DNA of 64,000 nt from Nageia nagi (lineage: Eukaryota; Plantae; Pinophyta). The notes beneath the pieces were generated by a model. The model saw only the letters and a list, made by a program, of their open reading frames with translations, searched no databases and was not told where the DNA came from. The DNA lies in the NCBI GenBank assembly GCA_050084985.1, contig JBITNC010000001.1, positions 18,042,001-18,106,000 on the forward strand, read 5' to 3'. Shown piece after piece: positions 23,090-36,300 of this stretch. Each line of letters begins with the position of its first letter. The first letter of the stretch is position 1. Made by a program: the position numbers and the translations under genes.

Positions 23090-26000
23090 CCCCTTGAGGG
23101 CAATTTCACCAACCCGATAGCATCCCTAAGCTTATAGAATTGAGCTTTTGAGAGGGGCTTGGTGAACAAATCAGTGGAGTTCAAGGTGGATGATGCCATC
23201 AAAAAAATTTTCCTTGATAAAATGGGCATGGATTTCCACATATTTTGTTCTCTAATGGAATATAAGATTCTTAAACAAAGAAATAGTTGACTGATTATCT
23301 AAAAAAATCAAAGATGAGCCACCTTGCTCATACCTAATTTCTTTTAGAAGATGCCTTATCCAACTAGCTTCCGAAGCTACAACAGACATAGAATGGTATT
23401 TAGCTTGTATGGTGGAAAGAGAAATAGTAAGTTGCTTCTTAGAAGCCTAAGAGATAGCACCTAAACCAATGTTAAACACATATGCAGAGGTTGATTTCCT
23501 ATCATCTTTATCTCCCCCACGGTTAGAATCTAAGAATCCAAAGAGAAAAAATGAGGGCAAATTAGAATACTTGAGAACAAGATGGTTTTTGCATGAATCA
23601 TGCCATCAAATTCATTACAAAGGTAATATCTAGCCTAGAAATAGTCAAATACAAAAGACTACCAATTAATCACCTGTAAGCTATAGCATCAGCTAACTGA
23701 GAGTTGGAGTTCAGAGAAATAGTGATTCTAGGAGAGATTGGGATCACAACATATCTACACTCTTCCATTCCAAACATCTGCAAGATGTTTGATATATACT
23801 TAGATTGACTAAGATAAGTGTAATCCTTGTATTGGTATACTTGCATTCCAAGGTAGTAGTGCAAGAGACCAAGATCAATCATTTCAAATGTTGCCTTAAG
23901 TTTGGATATGCACTCTTGAATGATTTCATCATTGTTCTTAGTTATCAGAAGATCATCCACATAAAGGAGAATCAAGACCACCTCTTTTCTTTGATTGAGT
24001 ACATATAGGTCAAAGTTAGAAAAACACTTGAAGAAAATAAAGTCTACAAAATACCTTGAAATCTTTCTATACCAAACTCTAGGTGCTTGCTTAAGTCCAT
24101 AAATGACTTCTTTAGCTTGCACACAAAGGACTCTTTACCTTTCACAATAAACCTTTCTGATTGATTCATAAGGATTTCCACATCTAAGTCACTATTGAGA
24201 AATGCACTCTTGACATTAAATTGAAAAAATTTCCATCATTGAGTTGCAGAAAGAGCAAAGATCATTCTCATAGTATGCATCTTTGGTACAAGAGCAAAGG
24301 TTTTCTCACAATCTACATTGTATTTCCAAGCAAAACCTTCGGTTACTAAACTTGCCTTGTATTTCTCAATATCCCTAATTGAATTAAACTTGACCTTGTA
24401 GATCCACTTATTGCCAATCACATTCTTCTTATTGGGATAAGAAATCAAATCTCAAGTTTCATTTTTCATAAGTATCTCATACTCTACTTTCATGGCTTCC
24501 ATCTAGCACTCATACTCAAAAGCTTCTTTGAAAGTTGAGAGCTCATGCTTATTGTCAATCTTGGAAAATAAGGATTTTTTTAAGGTCATGCTCCTTGTTA
24601 CCCTTTATGTTGGAGAATTTTGTTCTTGAGGTGACTTGTCTACATCAAAATCTAACTAGCTAGGTGCAATTGAAGTGTCCTCTAGATCATCAACATCCTC
24701 ATTAGGAGAAAATTCTTTAGGAAGTTCATTAAATTTTACATCCTTTTAAACAAACACAGCTTTGTAGGATGGAGAGTAGAGCCTGTATCCTTTATGCTGA
24801 TTGTCATAACCCACAAAGATGCATTTTTTAGCTCTTTTTTTCAACTTTTTTCTTTTTTCAAAAATAATGTAGGAGAATGCTTCACAACCAAACACCCTAT
24901 GGTGAAAAATGTTAGGTTTTCTTCCTAACCATACCTTAAGAGGAGTTTTACCCTGAACAAATTTTATGGGACACCTATTCAAGGTGTAAATACTAGTGCT
25001 CATAGCTTCATCCAATAAGAAACTAGGAAGATTACCCAACATGCATTTAGCCATTTCCATAATTATTCTATTTTTCCTTTTGGTAACACCATTTTGATGA
25101 GGAGTGTAAAGAATCATAAATTTCCTCTTGATTTCATACTTAGCAAAATGGTTATTGAACTCATTACTGTTATATTCTCCCCCATTATCTGATCTCAACA
25201 TCTTAATTTTAAAGTTAGTTTGATTCTCAACAAAGGCCTTAAAAACTTTAAAACTCTCAAAGGTTTGATCCTTGTGCTCAAGTAGATATCCAAAGGTCAT
25301 CCTACTAAGGTCATCGATAAAGATCAAGATGTAAGATGCTCCTCCAAGTGAATTAGTATTAAATAGAACCATTAAATCTAAATTCTCAAGTTGAAGAGGT
25401 TGAGATGCTCTTGCTACCTTATATTTTTCAAACTTTTGTCTATGCATCTTGCCAAGAATGCACTTCTCACATAGACCAATTGATGGAGAAATTGAAGGCA
25501 AACCTTCCATAATTTCTTTATCTTTCATGACTTGAATACTCTTGTGGTTAAGGTACCTTAAATGTTGGTGCCAAAGATTTTCTCTAGAACACACACTTGT
25601 AGTAAGACACATCTTTGATGGAACTTGATCCACAATGTAGAGATCATCTTTTATTGCCCCTTTAACCAACGTGGTAAGTCCTTTTTTAATGCACCAAGAT
25701 TGAGAATCAAACTCAAAAGAGTACCCTTTTTTAGCAACTTGGATCATGGAGAGGAGGTTCATCTTAAGCTTATAAACATAGAGAATGTTGTCAAGAACCT
25801 TTCCATGAATCAACACACTCCCAATTCCTTGGATTTCAAGGGTAGAGTTATCACCTATCACAACCACATCTTTTCTATACTTGTGAAAGTTCTTAAATTT
25901 TTCCTTTTAAAAACATAGGTGATTAATGCAATGAGAATCAATAATCCAATTAGACAAAAAATTATGAGACATGGAGTAGAGAATCATAGCAAAACTAGCT

Positions 26001-26979
26001 TGAATATCTTTTTTTCCTTTGAAGTTCTTTACATTTCCATTGCCTTTGTTCTTTTCCTCTCTTTTCTTTTTGTAGCAATCAAATTCTTTAGGACCTTGGA
26101 TGCCACAATAGTAACAATTACCATCAAACTTTTCTTTAAGATATGGATTGTTTGCTTTGCCTTTTCCATCTCTTTATTTGAAGTGGTTGTTGTTACCATT
26201 GTTCCTATTGTTATTATTGTTGTTCTTGTTGTTGCTATTGTTGCCATTGTTCCTGCTACAGTTGTAGCCATTACCTCTTTTTTCAAATATTTTTGAGGAA
26301 GAATGATAATATTTCTTTTAATGGTTGAACTTCTTCTTGAAAGAAGTTTTGGTTGCTCCAATAGCAACATTATTATCCTTAGGAGAAGAAATCAACACCT
26401 TTTTATTAAGAGTTTTCTCATGCTTCAAAAGAGCATGGAAAGGTTCTCAAGGGAGAAGACTTCTTCTTCATTATCAAAGCTTATTTCCATAACTATCACA
26501 AAGTTTTCAAATTTTGATGAAAGGCTTTAAAAAATGATTAATACCATGAAATCATCATTGATCCAATTCCATCCACAAGCAATAAGTTGGGTCCTAAGTT
26601 CAATGATTTTGTTCAAGTAGATAGCCATATTTTCATCTTCCCCTTGACAAGATTGAAGCAACTTTTGGAGAATAGTAAACCTTCTTAAAAACTTTGAATC
26701 AAGGTAGATTTACTTAAGCTTATTCCAAGCTTCCTTTATCGAGGTTGAAGATGAAATCATTAGGAGCACATCATCAAAAATTGCACAAAAAATTATGGAT
26801 GTTGCCAACTCATTCTTTGTGTTGTAAGCCTCTAGTGCCTTCTCATTTGTAGGAGGTACTAGGTTCTCATTCACTATTTGCCAAATCTTTTTTACTTGTA
26901 ATTCAGCTCTCATCTGAGGTTCCCAAATACCAAAGTTGGAACCATCAAGAATGTGTTTGGGTAAAAAGGATTCTCCCAT
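23090..26979 (-). pseudogene. Copia gag-pol pseudogene
   Basis: 26710..26979 gag start (LDGSNFGIW); 24746..25867 GAG-pre-integrase and integrase (RSDNGGEY, TPHQNG); 24236..24448 and 23670..24122 RT (YGLKQAPRVW, LYVDDLL); RNase H remnant to ~23090. Confidence 0.93.
26185..26265 (-). repeat. AAC/AAT low-complexity (Asn-rich-coding) tract within Copia gag
   Basis: Degenerate gtt/att trinucleotide run just upstream of the zinc-knuckle region. Confidence 0.7.
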
Positions 26980-29561
26980 TTGCTATATAAAAATGTAAAA
27001 AATAATAAGCATGTGGTTTAAAAAACAACATTAGATGTTAAGTTTTAACCAAATATATAATACATGTTAAATTTAACACTAGATTCATGCTTGATTTGAT
27101 TCACAAGTGCAAATGTTTTACAACACAAATAATAATCCATGTACCCAAATACTTTTTTCATCACAAAAATTGTAGATGTAGAGTGACATTGTTGAGGCTT
27201 GATTTCTTGTCTAAAATTAGGCCTTCATCTAGATGCCCACACAAGAGGAGCCCAAGTACTACCAATCCCCAACTAGTTCACCTTGGTCAGTATTATACTT
27301 TCTCACAAGGAGAAGTACTAGCTATTTTCTAAGGTTATGACATTTATTAGATCGAACAAATTATTAATCTTGATTAGGTTTCAAGTTGTCCTCCTAGGTT
27401 ATCAAGATAATCCTTGAATAGATGTGTGAACATGTGGTATCACTACACACATGCCTGTCCACCTATTGGAGTTATGTCCAGACCAATATAGGACTTAGGG
27501 GTAATTGAGAAGTACAAAATTTTCACCATTTGGATCATCGAACTTAAAGGCTCTAGTTTGCCTATCCTCACCTCATGGATCCCTAAACAAGTCATGTTGC
27601 AAAATGTACGTGTGGATGTGTTTATTTTAAGGGATTGCTCATTTCAATGTTTGCGATTTTGCATAAGTAAATAGAGCAAAAGTGCTAAGCATGAAGAAAA
27701 GTGCATAAAATTTAAACATCATCCATTCATAACTTGGAACCTTAAGAGTCCAATGGGTTTTGTTTACTAACCGCTAAAGGACATCTTTACATAGGTCTAT
27801 AATTTGCACAAGTTAACTTTGCAAAAAATGATAAATACTTAAGCATAAGCATGCATTAATTTTAAAATTTGCACAAGTTAACTTTTTATAAAGGATAAAT
27901 ACTCAACATGCATCTTTTTAACTTAAGGAATTTAATTCATTAGCAAGCATATTTAAAAAAAAATTAAGTCCTAAGCATGCATTCAATAAAATTAAAGTAA
28001 AAATTTATACAAATTCCCCCCTTTTTACTTAAGGTTTTATCCCTAAAACTTGTATGCTAAAAAAATTAGTAGACATAGATAAATTTTAAGTAAGAATAAA
28101 ATTCCCCCTTCTTCAACTTAAATATTTATCCTTTAAAGATAGCATACTTAGATTACCTTAGCAAATTTTTGACTAAATTTTTTTTTGTCTAAGCAAATTA
28201 CCATACTTAGAAGTTTTTAATAAAAAATTATACTCCCAAACAACCTCCATGTGACACATTTTCTAAAAAAATGGGATAGCATTTAAGAGTAATGATGCAT
28301 ATTTTACTCTAAAGTAATGTAATTATGATAATGCTTTAAGTTTAGAGTAGAAGTGTATAAAGGAGATGGCTTGCAAGAAAAGAAAAAATAAATGCCTACC
28401 AAAGAAGTATATGATTGCTTCTAGAATGCTTGCAAGCAACAAGGGTCATTAAATGTTAGACCCCCCACCCTTATTTGGTAAAACAAAATGCTAAAAGACC
28501 AAGGAAAAAAAAAATTCAACAGGGTCCATGAGCATTGAGGAGGAGGATGCAAAAGGGGTTGTAGTTGGTGAGGAGGAGGATGCGAGGCAGTGAGGAGGAG
28601 AGCACCAACAAGGGCCACAGGTAACAAGCCTTTGGTTAGGGAAGGGGGCCATGAGTTGAATCAGATTAAATGATTAGAGGGGCCATGTGAGGAGGAGGAC
28701 TTTGATCCATGCAAGGAAATTTTTTTTGATAGACATGCATCCACGCTCACCACACCATCGACATGCGATGAGGATAGGGTAAGAAAAAAGAAGTAGGTGT
28801 TGACCAAAAGGATGGTCGAGTGATGGAGTTCACAGTGGATCTAAAAGAAGATGGGACACACAAAATAAGGATAGGAGGAGGAGTCCAACCAGATCATCTC
28901 TCCTCAGGATGGGAGGAGATTTGTATGATTTTTTTTATTTTACAAATTTTTGTATATAAAAAAAAACTTTCTTATATATATCTGATTTGTAATAAAAAAA
29001 ATACAACTCCTCTTTTTGTTTGAAAAAGAAATTTATATAGTAAATATCCTCTAATGTTTTGTATCAACATTTTTGTAAAAAGGTGTAAAACTATATATAG
29101 AAATATAATTTTTTTAAATATTTTTCTTCACAAAGATAGTGAAGAGATAAAAAAATACAATATCTTTTCTTAAAATATTATTTATTAAAACAAATGTGTA
29201 TATATATATATATATTCAAAACCTTTGATAAAAAAAATCTCTAAACCAAATATATGCAAAATTAGAGCAATGTAACTATCAATTTTAAAATAATAGGAAA
29301 TATTAGTATAAGTAAACAAAATTGCTTCTCAATATATTGCTCTTTAACAAATTTGCCACATATATAAGAGAGAACTAACATAATACCAAATATGTTAGTA
29401 ACATTAGTTAAATATGTAAAAAAGGAAGGAGATTGTAAGTAGGAGGTTATACCTTATCTTGAATTTTACCTCAACAATGAAATGAAGAGATGAACACCAA
29501 GAAGAAGAGCTTCCACACCAAGGATGTGAAGAGGAGCCTTCAAGAAGCTCTGATACCAATT

Positions 29562-30046
29562 TGAAGGAACTAACACTAACAATATAATTCCTAAACAACC
29601 AAGATCACATGAAAGCTCACAATACACATCTAACAAACTCACAAATATAACACAAGATGTAAGTGGTTCCTCCAACTAGGAGTACATCCACTAACTAGTT
29701 CTCACTTCTTAACAAATATGAACTCTTACAATCCTTCTACACTTTTCTCTTAAAAACTATACTATAGCATAACTTTACTCCACAAATTGGTGTGTGATCA
29801 CAAAGAGGGGGCCTTCTATTTATAGACCAAAATCCCTCTTTGGATCAACCTTTTATCCAATGTACAAAAGCATGATATGTAGATACTTTTACCCAAGGGG
29901 CATGCTCATGACATGGAGTGTAGGACAAGTTACATTATCATATTCACTTAAATACTTAAAGTATAAAATGATACCCTTAAGTATTAGTGAATTTATATAG
30001 AAGATTATTATAAAACCTTTACAATAATTTGTTATACATTCCAACA
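29562..30046 (-). repeat. Copia 5' LTR
   Basis: Adjacent to PBS gctctgatacca (29547-29558 on +). Confidence 0.95.
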
Positions 30047-30580
30047 AAAAAGAAGAAATGTATTATGCACCTAACCAAGAAAGGTAGGGAGATAAAATTG
30101 GACTGTAATAATTTATTTATTTTTTAAATAAGTTTTTGACCTTTTCTCAAAACTATTAATAATATATATAAAAATAAATTAAAAATCAAATATTTGTCAA
30201 AGATATTTCTAATAAATGTTGTATTTCTTCAAATTTATTCTTTCAAATAACATTTAAAACAAAAATATATAATGGAAGAGATCACATTTGAAGTTATATA
30301 AAACATATTCAAGGTAGATGATTTTATCACCTTAATTCAATTAATGATTGTATTCAATTTACAAATGAAATTGAACATGATAGTAAGATACCTTTCCTAG
30401 ATGTACTAGTGTATAAAAAGGATAATGGGGAGTTGGGACATGAGGTATATAGAAAAAAGATACATACATACACTTGCATGCCTCATCTCATCATCATTAT
30501 GATCAAAAGATGGGGGTTCTCAATACTTTTATAATAGAGCTCTTCTATTTTTAGATAATGACCATATACATAAGGAGAAA

Positions 30581-31069
30581 ATGCATCTAACTAAAATACT
30601 AATGAGTAACGATTATTCTACTAAAGAGATTAGACATGCATGGAATAAGATAGAAAGAGGAAAAACTAATGAGAGACTAGACTATAATAATACTAATTCA
30701 TACATAGGGGTAGCCTACCATCCCTATATCAAGGGTTTAAGTGATAATTTAAGTAAAATATTAATGAAAGCATATATTAAGACAATTTTTCTTCCTCTCA
30801 ATAAATTAGAGAACATGTTCATATCTGTGAAAGACCACATAGAACCCTTACAACATAAAGGTGTATATAAGATAATGTGTGAGTGTGGAACTTGTTACAT
30901 TGGTGAAACAAGTACTTCAATACATGAAAGAGTTAAAGAACATTGTACTGATTTACAATATAATAGAATAATAAAATTTGCCCTTGTTGAACATGTAGAT
31001 AAGACTAAACACCATATACTCATGGATAAAATTGAAGTCTTGGCTAGATGTGATGAAGTCCAAGAATGA
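30581..31069 (+). pseudogene. Penelope RT C-terminus and GIY-YIG endonuclease fragment
   Basis: HPYIKGLSD...GVYKIMCECGTCYIGET..SIHERVKEH...ALVEH; continues past a stop as RIREAINI..N. Confidence 0.92.
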
Positions 31070-31394
31070 AGAATTAGAGAAGCTATTAACATTAAAATTA
31101 ACCCTAATAATATTAATGGAGATCAAGGTGTTGAGATTAGTAGGGCATGATTACCTATTATTGACCTAATTTACAAACATAGAAGGAAAAATAATATGAT
31201 ACTAAAATAGCCATAACTTTTGCATTTTAACTTGGTTTTTCATGTTCTTTACATCGTTGGAATGATATTTTTATGTAGAATTTAACTATATTTATATTTT
31301 TCATATTTTATAATAATAGAGGGCCAAAATTGATCTTATAAAATTGGGTATTACTTATCTCTACTTAAGAAGAGGTTAGACTTTATTTTCTTCA

Positions 31395-31450
31395 TTCAAT
31401 AATTCTGAAGATGGGTCCCACAGATTGGACTCGAAATGTCAATAATTCAA
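31395..31450 (+). ncRNA. Minimal type I hammerhead ribozyme (decayed) in the Penelope 3' region
   Basis: CUGAAGA-U-[GGGUCC cacagauu GGACUC]-GAAA-UGUC core; flanks ttcaataatt/aataattcaa can form an imperfect stem I; GAAAUGUC is probably CpG-decayed GAAACGUC. Confidence 0.8.
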
Positions 31451-32689
31451 ATTCATATGCAAGTAAACCTCAAACCATTAAACAAAAATAAGAAATCAAG
31501 TTCATGTTTTAGGAATTCAATTTTCAATTCTATAAGTTTTCAACAAAAAATGTTATATGTTCGGTTAAACATTATATTATTTGAAAGCTAATATATATTT
31601 TATAATAAATTTATAGTATAAAATAAATTAGCAATAAATATATAAATTTTTCATATTCATAATATATTTTTGTAAATATATTTACAATATCATTATTTAT
31701 ATTTGTAAATATAATTTAATATATTACATATGTAATATATTCACAATATTTCCATTGACCAAAAGTATGGAAATAAAAAATCTTTTATTTTTGGAAATTT
31801 TGATATCTTGAAAATAGATAAGAGATTTTTATTGCATTTTTACTATGAAGTTGGGTTATGTATTATTTTTGATGACTACAAAAAATATAAAAGAGAAGTA
31901 AGGTGAATGAAGCATCAACAATAGATATGTATATGGTGATTTGTGGCATATGAGGTCTTTGTTTTATATGTATAGGTGCTTCATTTTTCATTTTGTTTAA
32001 TTATTAATTTTTGCTTAACATGTCAAGATTGTTTCTTTTTATTACACTTTGCTATCTTTCTTACCATCCATCCTTTTTGCCATTAGTATTAACAAATTAA
32101 CTAGAAATAAGATTTGTTTTCTTTTTTTTTGTAGGAATTAGAAATAAATTTTGTTTTAAATTATAAATTCAATAATTATGTAATCAATATTTATCAATTT
32201 CATAGGGGTGATATGAGCACCAAGGATGGGTCCCAAGGTTTGGAATACTAAAAATGCATTCCTTGGAGTGAGCTTAGCTCAAGGGGTGATAGTGCATTCA
32301 CACATCATGATGTAATGTGGTGGTCATCCTTTGATTTAAGGTTTGCATGGTCTTGCATGGTGAAGTTTGTAGGGAATCATTTACATGATTTTGAGGAGCT
32401 TGAAACTTTAATAATTTCATATGCTACGATGACTTGGTGATGTTTAGTACATCATTGGAAATCTGGATTAGAAATTTGGAACCACTTTCCTTGATTACTA
32501 GGAGTGGAGGTAGTTATTATGCATGTGAGAGAAGATCTCGATGTAATTGACAAGATTTTAAAGGATAAGGGTACCTCTTTATATGTTAAAAAAACATATT
32601 TATAGCTCCCTTACATGCCATGAACACTTGTATTTATTTAGAGGTGAAATAATGGTTGATGTTTTATACTATGTAGAGCTTATTGTGTT

Positions 32690-33330
32690 GTAGGTAGATG
32701 AGGATCATCTTAGAGAAGGTGGGTTGGATGCATTTTTTGGACCAGTTCCATTCAACTAATGAAAATTTGGCTTTGGAATTATCTCATTCATGGGAGAAAG
32801 GGGATATTGATGTGGATATGATTTATTTTACTATTAATCTTGAATTGATAGTGAAGGTGATCGACTTTCCTTTGGAGGAGGAAAATTGATGAGGGAGAAG
32901 CATTCACTAGTGATTGAACTCCAATTATTAAAGGAAAAATGATAATATAGAAAATATGTAGGGCATATTAATAAGGAATACCTCCCCCATAAGTGGAAGG
33001 GCATGTTGATGGTCATTATGTAGTATCTTATGATGGATAGCCATGCCTCTATCCTTCAAAGCTTTCACTTTTCCCTCCTAAATATTTTCAAATATGGTAA
33101 GTAGAACATTTTGATCTACTTATTTAATTATTTGCATAAGTCTATCATGGAAGTAAAATAAGGGAAGTTGGTGGTTCCACATAATCATGGTTTGTTATGT
33201 GCTTTATTTAATCATGTTGTGATGAAGCAATCTAAATTGATCTTGAATCCTAGTTTGGGTTTGGATTATACTAACTCTGAGGATAATGATGGTTATAGGG
33301 TTAAGAGAAGGACCTAAATAATGGAGAGGA
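32690..33330 (+). pseudogene. Decayed ORF resembling the putative plant transposon protein (Transposase_32-like) accessory proteins
   Basis: GWMHFLDQF...ALELSHSWEKG...IDFPLE, then LPHKW...YLMMD...FHFSLLN...HNHGLL; family assignment is from motif memory, not a search. Confidence 0.5.
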
Positions 33331-33394
33331 TGAGGATTTTATTCCTATGAAAAATGATCCTATTCTAGTGGAGGAGTCTTAGCCAATGGCCACT

Positions 33395-36300
33395 TTAGAA
33401 AATGCCTAATAAATTAGCTTTCAAACTAAAGTACAATGCTTTTATAGTTCCATATTGGAACAAGATATAAAATACATGATTGATAAGAAAAAAAATACAT
33501 GTCTACAAAAAATGCATATAACATAGTCCTAAATCCATGTGAACAAGCCTATGGATACTCAAACTATGTTCACACATGTTCTACCATACTATAAATACCA
33601 TCCACTAGAGCTATTAGTTGAAATAATAAGAAAAACTCATGAAAAACTAACTAAAATCATGCTTTACCCATGTAAAATAGTCAATCGTTCATTTACAAAA
33701 TAACCGTGTAGGATCATCTAAATGATTAAGTGCAAAATTATGCTTGATGAAGATGATTGTGAAATCAAAATCATCCCTATGCTAGATGATTGGGACAAAT
33801 GTGAGAACAAAATAATGTTAGCTTGAGAAGATCAAGTTTAAACTCCAACATTATCCCCTTGATGTTGAGAGGGATCACTAAAGAGTTTCTTAGTTTCAAA
33901 AATTAAGCCTTGAAAACCCCTTTCATGAACATATTTGCAATTTTATCTAAGGTGTTACAATGTCTAAGCTCAACAACATTCTTCTCCAACATGTATCATA
34001 TAAAATGGTACTTCATATCGAAGTATGTGGACTTTCTATGGTGGACTAGGTTTCATGCTAATTTAATGATACTCTTGTTATCACAAAATAAGATGGTCGA
34101 ACCACTTTGTTTCTTACCTTGTTCTTGTAGAACCTTTCTCAACCATAATGCTTGGGCACTTACACTTGTGATTGCTATGTACTCAACATTAGTAGAAGAT
34201 AGAGTTATTGTGCTTATTTTCTTTGAGATCCATGTAATCATCCCTGATCCAATATTGAAGCAATGACCTGATGTACTCTTCATATCATAAATGTTGCCCC
34301 CTCAATCAAAATCACTATAGCCAATGAGTTTGAAATATCCATGCTTGATGTAGTGGATGCCATAATCACTTGTTCCTTTTACATATCTTTGGATTCTTTT
34401 TATTGCTTTTAGATATGATTTATATGGATTACTCATATATCTAGATACAAGTGATGTATCATATGATATAACAAGTCTTGTGTTTTTAATAAACATAAGA
34501 GTTTCTACTATTTTCCTATAAGTGATCACATTTACTTTTTCATTCTCATCATCCTTACATAATAACTTACTATTATCAATGGTAGTGACGACTGGTTTAC
34601 AATTATCCATGCCAAAAAATTTCAACATATCTTTGGAATTCTTTCTTCCATAAATAAAAATACCTTTATTATTTTGATACACTTTCAAGCTTAGGAAATA
34701 GTGCATTAACCCAAGGTCTTTCATGTCAAATTCATTCATTATTTTCCTTTTAAAATCATCATTCAAGTATGAAGACCTAACCAAATAGATGAGATCATAA
34801 ATCTACAAATATACAAGAAGCATATCATTACCTTTATTCATGTAGTAAAGGGTAGGTTCACATTTGCTTCTTTCAAAATCATACTTATGGAAGTAGCAAT
34901 ATATTAGTGAGTACAATGCCCTTGGTGCTTGTTTGAGGCCATACAATGCCTTCTTCAACTTGTATACTAGATGATATTTTCCTTTAATTTCAAATCCTTA
35001 TGATTGTTGAACATAGACTTCCTCATCCAAGAGTCCATTAAATAAAGCACTTTTGATATCTATATGGTTCATAGTATTTACCATATCTTTGTGTGAAACC
35101 TTTGGCAAGAAGCCTTGCTTTTTTTCTTTAAATGGTTCCATCACTATTATATTTGGTCTTATAGACCCATTTACAACCAATTCATTTCTATCTTTTGGAA
35201 GCTCAACTAGCTCCCAAGTATAATTCTTTTTTATGGAGGTGATTTCATCCTCCATAGCATTCACATACAAATCATTAGTAAATGTATTTTCATAATAATA
35301 AGGTTCTACATCAATACTAGCCATCAAGACATAGTTTACAACATCTCCCATAGGTTCTTCATCATCACCATACATGTTTAACTTTTCAAGCCTAGATACA
35401 ACTTGATCAAGTTCATGACATTGGCTCCTAGTGAGCCTTCTATTAAATTTTGCATCTAGCATTTGTGAATATGGATGGGAGGAGAGATATCTTTTACCTT
35501 TCTTTATGATTATATTTGTTAGATATTCATCATCAACTCTTGATCCTCTTAAAGGACTTGGAGAAGAGCTTTTATATGAACTCTTTTGAGGGATTGAAAT
35601 TGAAATTTGATGGATGGAATGTACATTGGGCTGACCATTTGAATATTTATCAACAACTGATCCATAATCCATAAATAGTTCTTGATGACCATACCTCCAC
35701 CCTTCATAAAAAATTACATCTCTTGAGATTACAACTTTGTGGGTGTTTGGATTGTAAAATCTATATACCTTTGTGGTTTCACAGTAACCAATGAAAATAC
35801 ATGCTTGAATTTTTGGGTCAAGTTTCCTTATTTTCTCATTTATAATGTACATGTGCATTTTCCAAACAACTAAAAACTCTAAAATTATTAACATTTAGTT
35901 TTCTCTTATACAAATATTCATAGTGGGTGATACCTTCCAATGAGCTAGTGGGACTTTGATTCAAAATATACATAATAATTCTACAAGAATAAACCTAATA
36001 CATGTTATTCAAACCTTTATTTTGCAACATAATTCTATCCATATTCACAATTATTCTATTTCTATGTTTAGCCACACCATTTTTGTTGTAGGGTGTAGGT
36101 AACCATGAGTTGCATCTTGATCCCATAATCCTTGCAAAATTGGAGTAAGTTATTAGAACAAAACTCTTTGCCTCTATCAATATTTAAAAACTTTATATAG
36201 CACCCACTTTTATTCTCACATTAGTTTTGGAATCCTTGAATAATTCAAAAGCCTCATCCTTTATTTTCAAAAAATATGTCTAACACATTCTTGAGAAATC

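Larger units (their letters stand above)
21891..30046 (-). mobile_element. Ty1/Copia LTR retrotransposon, full-length but decayed, with a ~2.5-kb non-coding leader
   Basis: LTRs 21891-22375 and 29562-30046; TSD AAAAA on both sides; Met PBS 29547-29558; PPT at 22376; domain order gag-PR-IN-RT-RH. Confidence 0.96.
10314..30110 (+). mobile_element. Degenerate L1-clade LINE (family B copy, LINE C), right arm of the head-to-head pair, split by insertions at 14489-14981, 15624-21005 and 21891-30046
   Basis: ORF1 motifs ~10900-11530; ORF2 start TWNVSGL ~12205; RT 13512..13757 (KALVPDGLPIEFYKAFW...YIPISLYNVI); FMDD-like motif ~14245; zf-RVT region 21300-21420; WKLGMGFIWWQLWL ~21548. The LINE sequence rejoins across each insertion. 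The 3' end is approximate. Confidence 0.88.
30319..31485 (+). mobile_element. 5'-truncated Penelope-like retroelement (Dryad-like)
   Basis: RT thumb motifs IQFTNEIE..SKIPFLDVLV..GELGHEVYRK (~30352-30460), GIY-YIG endonuclease and a 3' hammerhead motif; boundaries taken from the uninterrupted right IR arm. Confidence 0.9.
30255..32080 (+). repeat. Left arm of an AT-rich inverted repeat, split by the Penelope insertion
   Basis: 30268-30318 plus 31485-32080 match the reverse complement of 39875-40385 (for example ggaagagatcacatttgaagtt versus aacttcaaatgtgatctcttcc). Confidence 0.8.

Noticed and set aside
25919-26370. Hydrophobic or Thr-rich ORFs resembling membrane or mucin proteins
   Set aside because: They are alternative frames of the AAC/AAT tract in Copia gag.
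33742-33800. ttgatga...gaaa in the Copia LTR (also ~38386-38410) as a possible retrozyme hammerhead
   Set aside because: It lacks the CUGA core and has no stem II or stem I pairing.
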